From: an uncultured Acidimicrobiia bacterium
GTDB taxonomy: Bacteria; Actinomycetota; Acidimicrobiia; Spongiisociales; UBA11373
Length of the DNA stretch: 64,000 bases
Reading direction: 5' to 3'
NCBI GenBank assembly: GCA_964511945.1
Contig: CAZEHO010000002.1
Location: 18,175 to 82,174 of the forward strand
Positions 57,892 through 64,000 of the stretch are shown piece by piece (positions within the stretch are counted from its first letter, which is position 1; every line of letters starts with the position of its first letter). The notes beneath the pieces are model-generated. The model did no database searches, had not been told where the DNA came from, and worked only from the letters and a program-made list of their open reading frames with translations. A program made the position numbers and the translations under genes.

Positions 57892-59253
57892 ATGGAGGTT
57901 CCCGATGTCCGATATGTGATCACGGACGATGACGTCCGCATCGCGTATCAGGATGTCGGAAGTGGCCCGGCGACCCTCCTGGTTCCGACGTACTGGGGTC
58001 ACGCCGAGGGAAACTGGGATCTCGAACACCTGCGCCGGCTGTTCGAGCGGCTGGCGGCGAACCTCCGGTTCCTGACGTTCGACCACCGGGGCACCGGCAT
58101 GTCGGACGGGTTTGTCGAATCCCCGACGCTTGAGGACCGGACACTCGACATCGGTGCTGTGATGGACGCTGCCGGGCTCGAGACCGTGAACCTCTTGGGC
58201 CACGACTTCGGTGCGCAGGTCGCCGTCGGGTTCGCGGCTCGCCACCCGGATCGAGTAGATCGGTTGGTTCTCGTCAACAGCCGGGTTGGAGCATCCGCCA
58301 AGGCGCGTGCCGACGAGCTCAATCCGGGAGCGGCCGAGCCCGACCCGCTGGCGAGGCTCCCGGCGGCGCTCAGCAGCGCCGACACGGTCGGGATCGAGGT
58401 CGCCGCATCGCTGAGCCGGTTCACCCCAAGCGTTGCCAAGTACCCCGACGTGCTGCGGGCGATTCCCCGCCTGCAGGCGCTGGCCGGCTCACGGGACGCC
58501 TACCGCCGCCAGATCGAGAGCGTCGCCGGCGTCGACGTGACCGAAGAGGCGAAGCGGATCTGTGCGCCGACCCTGGTGACCCACACCAGCGGCAATGTGC
58601 TCCACCACGTCGGATTCGCCCGGTTGCTCGCGGAGCTCATTCCCGACGCGACGCTCGTTGAGTTCGATGGGGTCGACCACCTGTACTGGTTCGCCGACAA
58701 CTGGCGCGAGATCGCCGATACCCACATCAGGTTCATCACCGAGTCCGAGGTTCACGCTCCGGCGGTGCGCCGCTTTGCGGTGGTGCTGTTCACCGACATG
58801 GTCGGGTCGACCCGAGCCTCGCTCACCTCTGGCGATGAGGAGTGGCACCGTCTGCTCGACACCCACGATCGCATCTCGCAGAGGATCGTGTCACAGCACG
58901 GGGGATCGGTCGTCAAGCACATGGGAGATGGCGTGCTCGCCACATTCGATGCCCCGTCGCAGGCGGTGGACGCGGCAATCCGGTGCAGGAGCGAGCTCGC
59001 CGAGGCGGGCATCGGAGTTCGAGCCGGAATCCACGCCGGAGAGATAGAGGTTCGCGGCGAGGACATCTCAGGCGCGGTCGTCAACCTCGCCGCCCGCGTG
59101 CTGCGAGAAGCGCCCGAGGACGACATCTACACCTCGTCGACGATCCGGGACATGCTGATCGGGTCACCCCACGCCTTCGAGAGCGCCGGATCGCGACGGC
59201 TCAAAGGTTTCGAAGGGGAGTGGGAACTCCACCGGATAGCCACCACGCCCTGA
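57892..59253 (+). CDS. alpha/beta-hydrolase fused to class III adenylate/guanylate cyclase domain
   Basis: N-terminal alpha/beta-hydrolase fold (~280 aa, GHDFG in the nucleophile-elbow position). C-terminal CHD: FAVVLFTDMVGSTRAS...KHMGDGVLATF...GIHAGEIEV...GAVVNLAARV. Confidence 0.8.
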   Translation: MEVPDVRYVITDDDVRIAYQDVGSGPATLLVPTYWGHAEGNWDLEHLRRLFERLAANLRFLTFDHRGTGMSDGFVESPTLEDRTLDIGAVMDAAGLETVNLLGHDFGAQVAVGFAARHPDRVDRLVLVNSRVGASAKARADELNPGAAEPDPLARLPAALSSADTVGIEVAASLSRFTPSVAKYPDVLRAIPRLQALAGSRDAYRRQIESVAGVDVTEEAKRICAPTLVTHTSGNVLHHVGFARLLAELIPDATLVEFDGVDHLYWFADNWREIADTHIRFITESEVHAPAVRRFAVVLFTDMVGSTRASLTSGDEEWHRLLDTHDRISQRIVSQHGGSVVKHMGDGVLATFDAPSQAVDAAIRCRSELAEAGIGVRAGIHAGEIEVRGEDISGAVVNLAARVLREAPEDDIYTSSTIRDMLIGSPHAFESAGSRRLKGFEGEWELHRIATTP

Positions 59254-59392
59254 AGGAGGCTCGACTCACCACTCGGCGTCGGGACCCATGGCGAAGATGT
59301 CGAGGAGCTCAGCGATGCGGGCCGCCTTCTCCTCGATATGGCCCGCCGCCTCCCGGCTGAGCGGGCCGAGCCGCCGGACCGCTCCCCGGCAG

Positions 59393-59887
59393 TTACGAAG
59401 TGCGTTTTGGGACAAAGCGGACGATCGCCCAACCCCAGAGCACGGCGACCAGCGTCAGGACCCCTGCAGGGATGAGGCGGACCGCCAGAGATGTTGGCTC
59501 CTCCGCTGCGACCGCGGTGGCCCATGCCACCGTTCGAGTTGTGGAGCTGTCCGGATCGAACAGGAAGTCCACGGAATCGCCAGCACTCGCCCTCCCCGAG
59601 GGAAGATCTCTCACGTTCTTCTTGAGCACGAACGTGCCGTCGGGCTCCGACGAGTCTGGGAACTCAATGGTCGCCGTTCGGACGGTGCCGCCCGGGAAAC
59701 CCCCGTACTCAAACGCATCTACCTCCGTGACGGTCCCGGTCAACTCCGGCCAGCTGAGCGCTCGTTCTGCCCACGCTCGACGGTCGAGGTCGTTGCCGTG
59801 AAGGTCGAGCCCCCGCGCCATCGCAATGATGGCGATGATCGTGACAGCGATGGGACCGATCCACATCCACCATCGGCGGCGCATCAT
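59393..59887 (-). CDS. hypothetical membrane protein (DUF3592-like topology)
   Basis: N-terminal and C-terminal TM helices flank a soluble beta-rich middle. Confidence 0.45.
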   Translation of the reverse strand: MMRRRWWMWIGPIAVTIIAIIAMARGLDLHGNDLDRRAWAERALSWPELTGTVTEVDAFEYGGFPGGTVRTATIEFPDSSEPDGTFVLKKNVRDLPSGRASAGDSVDFLFDPDSSTTRTVAWATAVAAEEPTSLAVRLIPAGVLTLVAVLWGWAIVRFVPKRTS

Positions 59888-59950
59888 CCAAGCGCGTCCT
59901 TCTCAGAGGTGTGGCGCTCGGCGGAGGCGACCCCGGCCGGGACACCGACA

Positions 59951-60187
59951 CTATCCAGCGGGCTCACCGCCGCCCCGATCTGCCCGAGCAACCATGTAGC
60001 CGCTGACGCCTCCCCAGACATGGAACACGAGAGCCATCACCGCTGCCGTCAGACTGTCCGACGATGTTTCGCCGAACACCAATGAGTAGGCCAGGAGGCC
60101 GATCAGGATGCCTCCGACCACAAACGGCCAGGTACGGGGTTGGTGTCCTCGGTGGTTCATGCTTCCCCCTCGGTCCGCCTGGTTCAC
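59951..60187 (-). CDS. small hypothetical membrane protein
   Basis: 78 aa, two hydrophobic helices. Confidence 0.3.
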   Translation of the reverse strand: MNQADRGGSMNHRGHQPRTWPFVVGGILIGLLAYSLVFGETSSDSLTAAVMALVFHVWGGVSGYMVARADRGGGEPAG

Positions 60188-60255
60188 AACCTATGTGAGG
60201 AGGCCATTGCGAGATATCGGGGAAGACCCTGGTCTCTTCCCTGACCGGCGATTCC

Positions 60256-60702
60256 CTATCCGCTATGGGAGTCCGGCTGCGCAGGTCCACCCGACGTCCA
60301 CGGCCAGGTCACGCACCCGGCGATCTCGGGGAACGCGACGAAGTCGGCGGTGCCCTTGAGCACGAGCGTGCTGATGGAGAACTCTCCCAGTACCTCGGCG
60401 GCCCTCCGCAGCGTCGCTCCGCTCACGCTGACGTCATCCACCACCAGCAGGTGTCTTCCGGCAGGAACCGGGATCCCGGGATCTCCGATCACCCGTGGGT
60501 GATCGAACATGGGGGTGTTCTCGTCGTCCCGGTACGAGAGGCGAAGCCGGGAGATGGGACGATCCAGCAGTTCGGCCGCGATCTCGCCGGCGGCCACGCC
60601 ACCTCGCTCGATCGCGACGACGGCATCGACTTCCGGGAGTGGGAGCTGCTCAATCCGCCGGGTGATCTCTTCGATCGGAACGAAGGGCCTTGCCATGGTC
60701 AT
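60256..60702 (-). CDS. phosphoribosyltransferase-domain protein
   Basis: C-terminal 148 aa of ORF 60256..61248 from the in-frame ATG. HLLVVDDVSVSGATL is a PRPP-binding motif. The upstream part of that ORF is out of frame with the overlapping membrane-protein gene. Confidence 0.6.
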   Translation of the reverse strand: MTMARPFVPIEEITRRIEQLPLPEVDAVVAIERGGVAAGEIAAELLDRPISRLRLSYRDDENTPMFDHPRVIGDPGIPVPAGRHLLVVDDVSVSGATLRRAAEVLGEFSISTLVLKGTADFVAFPEIAGCVTWPWTSGGPAQPDSHSG

Positions 60703-61253
60703 CGCAGGGTATGGTGAGCGACGGTACCGATGACAGACAGCACCAGGATTCCGGGCCACCCCGTCTGCAGTGTGCCGAGGAAGTCCACCACGGCCATGCC
60801 CGGAAGCACGGCAGAGATGATTGCTGCGGATCCCACACCGATCAGGTAGGCGATCGGGACCACAAAAGACCAGTGGAAGCGCTGCAGGGCTCGAAGTGCG
60901 ATCACGAATGCTGCGATCTGGAGCACCAGCGCGAGCAGCACCGGATCCGCCGGCAAGCCGGTCAGCAGGCGGGCCACGAACGGCGTCAGTGCGCTGACGG
61001 CCACGGCCAGCGGCAGCCGCAGCAGCAGCGCCGCCAGCAGCGGGGCGTAGAACATCGGCAGCAGCACCGGGCCCAGCCCTGGTGAGGCAGCCGGGGCAAG
61101 GTGCACGAACCACGGTGCCAGCATCGCCAGAACTCCACCGGCGCCCAGCGCGACCGCGGCAGTCGGCGACGGAATCGCAGTCGACCTCACCACAGCGCCG
61201 GAAGCCGCAGTCGGGATCTGCCAGATGGGGTGTTTCGCCTCGCTCCAATGCAC
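60699..61253 (-). CDS. hypothetical polytopic membrane protein, translationally coupled to the PRTase gene
   Basis: 184 aa with ~5 TM helices. Stop overlaps the PRTase start. Confidence 0.5.
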   Translation of the reverse strand: MHWSEAKHPIWQIPTAASGAVVRSTAIPSPTAAVALGAGGVLAMLAPWFVHLAPAASPGLGPVLLPMFYAPLLAALLLRLPLAVAVSALTPFVARLLTGLPADPVLLALVLQIAAFVIALRALQRFHWSFVVPIAYLIGVGSAAIISAVLPGMAVVDFLGTLQTGWPGILVLSVIGTVAHHTLR

Positions 61254-61270
61254 TATGCCGTTCCTTTCGC

Positions 61271-62521
61271 TTACCCGTTCTCGACCAGAGGGACCGTCAT
61301 GCCCCCGTCCATCAGGATCAGGATGCTGGCGTTCCCACCTTTCTGTTCCAGAGCCGTCTCCACCGCCTCCTGGATGTGGTCGAAGGGGCGGATGAAGATG
61401 TCGCGCATCACCTGGGGGTCCATCGAGGTGACCGCCCAGGTATCGGCGTACACGCTGATCTCGGCCATCTTGGCAGCCTTGTGGTAGCCGAGGACATAGC
61501 CATCGTCAATGCGCCGGACCGCATCCTGGGGTGAGTCCGCCGCCGACAGGAGGTCCATGAACGATTTGGCGCCGGCGCCCTCGCGGCAGATCGACACCAG
61601 GATCAGGATCCCTCCGTCTTTCACCGCGTGTTTGGCGTTGTCGATGCCCTTCTGCGACTGGTAGAGGTTGATGTCACCGGGGGCTTTGACGACCGAGACG
61701 ACGATATCGGCCTTCTCATCGACCCGGGCTCCGAACACCTCGTTTGCCAGGTCGATCACCTGGTCGAAGGACTCATGGATGTCCCCGGCAACGCAGGCGT
61801 AGACCCGGTGATCCTTGTCCAGCACCGTGTTGATGGTGAAGACCTCCGTGTCGACGGTGGACAGTGCGTCGACCATGTCCTGATGGACCGGATTGTCGTC
61901 GAGATGAAGGGCGCGAGCCTTCGGTGACAGGGCCAGCTTGTGATTCTGCTCGATGGTGGAGAAGGCGGCGATGCCGGGTAGGAAGGACTTCCGGCCGCCG
62001 GTGTAGCCGGCGAAGTAGTGCGGCTCCACCGATGAGATGATCAGGATCTTATGAGCCTCGGCACCAAGCCGGTTGACCCGCATCTCCGTACCGTTCTTCG
62101 AGGTCCCGAGCAGCACCATGTTCTGGTCGTCACGAGCGTCATGGGCGTAGATCCGATCCCGGAACCGTTCGTAGTGGACATCCGAGAAGATCTGCCGGTA
62201 CTCGGCCTCGGTGGGAGCGCGGTGTGCTCCGGTGGCCACCATGAACGAGGCGTTGCCGGCCGCCAGCAGGTCGGCGATGACATCGAGGACCGCCGCGGTC
62301 GGGGTGGGACGGGTGGCGTCGTTGACGAGGACCAGGACATCTCGGGCATCTGAGAGGAACGCCTCCAGGCTGTATGAACCCACCGGGTGGTCCATGGCCT
62401 CGCGGATGCAGGTGTCCGGATCGGGGATCTCGACTTCGTTTGGGGTGATCACGCCGGCGATCAGCCCATCTGGAACCTCGAGTTCCTGGTGGCCGTCACC
62501 GTACGGCAGGCTGATCTTCAT
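61271..62521 (-). CDS. larA: LarA-family nickel-pincer-nucleotide-dependent racemase/epimerase homolog (DUF2088)
   Basis: 416 aa from the ATG at 62521 (MKISLPYGDGHQ...). LarA N- and C-domains (VATGAHR..., SSVEPHYFAGYTGGRKS). Confidence 0.75.
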   Translation of the reverse strand: MKISLPYGDGHQELEVPDGLIAGVITPNEVEIPDPDTCIREAMDHPVGSYSLEAFLSDARDVLVLVNDATRPTPTAAVLDVIADLLAAGNASFMVATGAHRAPTEAEYRQIFSDVHYERFRDRIYAHDARDDQNMVLLGTSKNGTEMRVNRLGAEAHKILIISSVEPHYFAGYTGGRKSFLPGIAAFSTIEQNHKLALSPKARALHLDDNPVHQDMVDALSTVDTEVFTINTVLDKDHRVYACVAGDIHESFDQVIDLANEVFGARVDEKADIVVSVVKAPGDINLYQSQKGIDNAKHAVKDGGILILVSICREGAGAKSFMDLLSAADSPQDAVRRIDDGYVLGYHKAAKMAEISVYADTWAVTSMDPQVMRDIFIRPFDHIQEAVETALEQKGGNASILILMDGGMTVPLVENG

Positions 62522-63010
62522 GCGGAAGCCTCTCGAGTACCTGGTCTGTTCCACCCCTTTTAGTCGGTGTTCGAGCGCTCGGCCAGACGGGGGTGTTGGG
62601 CAGTATGACGATTGGCGGAGCCGCCGTAGCGCAGGCGGTGCACTGATATGGGGTGGTTGGTCAAGTCGCGGGGTGTCGGGTGGCCCGCGGTGGGGTGGGG
62701 GGACGCAAACGAAGTATGGGAGCGGCGGTTGGCCATGCTGATATCGCGGATCGGGACCGCACATCGTGGCTGCGTTGGAACCTGCCTCTGGCTAGCGGCG
62801 CGAATTGGTGTCGCGTAGTGCCTGGCGAGGGTTGTTCCGCTCAATGCTCCCTCCGTCCCCAAGACGGTGTGTTCTTGTTCAGTTGAGATGGCTGGTGCCC
62901 ACTCCCCAGATGAATCCGGCGAGTTCTCGGGCGACGGCGACAATGGCAACGTTGCGGTTCTTGAGGCAATCCACGACGTTATGCGGACAGGGCCGACCAC
63001 CCCATCATGA

Positions 63011-63808
63011 CTAGAAGGTCCTGAACAGCGATGGGAACTTGAGCGCGAGCCAGGGGCGCCGGCCCCAGGCCAGCAGCTTGCCGGCCAGGATCGGGCCGAG
63101 TTGCCTGCTCCGGCCAAAGCCCAACAGCAGATAGGCGGCGGGGTCGGCAGAGATCCGGCAATCGACCCTCTGGTCGGACGACGGCTCGACCCGGGCGACT
63201 CCATCGGTGAACACCACCACCGCGGTGTCGCCATCGCGAATCCGGAGTTCGAAGCTTGCCGTTAGGCCCCCCGCCTGCCCGGCGTCCACCATGTGGGTCA
63301 ACAGGGGGATCAGGGCGCCTGCTGTCGGCGCGGCATGCTCGCGGGTGATCTGCCACGGCAACCCACACGCCCGGGCTATGTCGTGCCCGTGCACCAGTAG
63401 TTCGGCGACGGCGACCGCTACCAGTGTCGAGAGGGGAGTATGCACGCCCCGGAACACCTCAACGGTCGGGTCCCCGCTCACCGCTTCCAGGAAGGACCCG
63501 AATCGCTCTCCCGTGGCATCGATCCGGTCGGCGAGAACCCGCAGATCACGCTCGGGATCTGCCGCCAGCCTGGAGTCGTTGATCTCCGCAACCGCTTCGA
63601 GGGACTCCGGCGCCTGCGTTCCCTGTGCAACTCCCAGGAGGTTCGGTCTGCTCGACGCAACATGAGCAGCAGTCTCACCGACGTTCCATGTGCCGATCGC
63701 CGGAACGGTGGCGTCTGGGACCTGCCGGAGCAGTTCTGTGAATCGGCGCCCCGATCCCTCCAGTGCCTCGCGGTTTGCGGACAGCAGCGTTTCCGATCCC
63801 AGGGACAT
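63011..63808 (-). CDS. mycothiol-dependent maleylpyruvate isomerase N-terminal domain (TIGR03083/DinB_2) family protein
   Basis: N-terminus ...GTWNVGETAAHVASS with the metal-binding His, typical of actinobacterial TIGR03083 proteins. Confidence 0.7.
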   Translation of the reverse strand: MSLGSETLLSANREALEGSGRRFTELLRQVPDATVPAIGTWNVGETAAHVASSRPNLLGVAQGTQAPESLEAVAEINDSRLAADPERDLRVLADRIDATGERFGSFLEAVSGDPTVEVFRGVHTPLSTLVAVAVAELLVHGHDIARACGLPWQITREHAAPTAGALIPLLTHMVDAGQAGGLTASFELRIRDGDTAVVVFTDGVARVEPSSDQRVDCRISADPAAYLLLGFGRSRQLGPILAGKLLAWGRRPWLALKFPSLFRTF

Positions 63809-64000
63809 TGCTCCTTCCTTGGGGTGCTCTCTCCCGTGCCTCAGTATGCCCGATTGGGACCGTCGCGTGGTTTGGGAACCGACCGATTCCGTTTTGCAGA
63901 CCGCAGCATCTCGATGAGCCCACCGATCACGACCAGCGCGACGGTGATCACGACCCAGGTGGGAACCGTCACATCGCCCAGGGGGTACACGATGTTTCCC

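Overview
This is a high-GC (~68-70%) actinobacterial chromosomal segment with Acidimicrobiia/Mycobacterium-like gene order. It is mostly conserved housekeeping synteny: rsmI, metG-tatD-rsmA(ksgA)-ispE-tRNA-Gln-glmU-prs, rplY-pth-glpK-pgsA, mfd-PPIase-mazG-eno-ftsB-DUF501-ppx, then tRNA-Leu. Many genes are translationally coupled through ATGA/GTGA overlaps. Several accessory islands interrupt the core. (1) A fluoride-riboswitch-controlled crcB-crcB-DUF190 operon. (2) Directly beside it, a DUF411/CopG-like lipoprotein gene with an in-frame TGA at the first Cys of its CxCC motif, followed by a hairpin, making it a selenoprotein candidate; it sits immediately upstream of a clear heliorhodopsin gene whose RBS lies inside an AT-rich palindromic hairpin. 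(3) A Liv-type ABC transporter followed by a VOC / xanthine-dehydrogenase-family (FAD, 2Fe-2S, Mo) / FAH hydrolase catabolic cluster. (4) An 872-aa membrane-anchored protein with an extracellular SpaA-like domain and a predicted cytoplasmic HExxH domain, next to tRNA-Leu. Other features: two class III nucleotidyl cyclases (one translationally coupled to an orphan MsiK-like ATPase, one fused to an alpha/beta hydrolase), a CsoR-family/CHAD divergent pair with a CsoR-type operator palindrome, a LarA homolog without larBCE, and a DUF222-HNH (REP13E12-like) gene at the window start. No CRISPR array, rRNA or obvious transposase was seen. Long antisense ORFs in the track are GC-driven artefacts.
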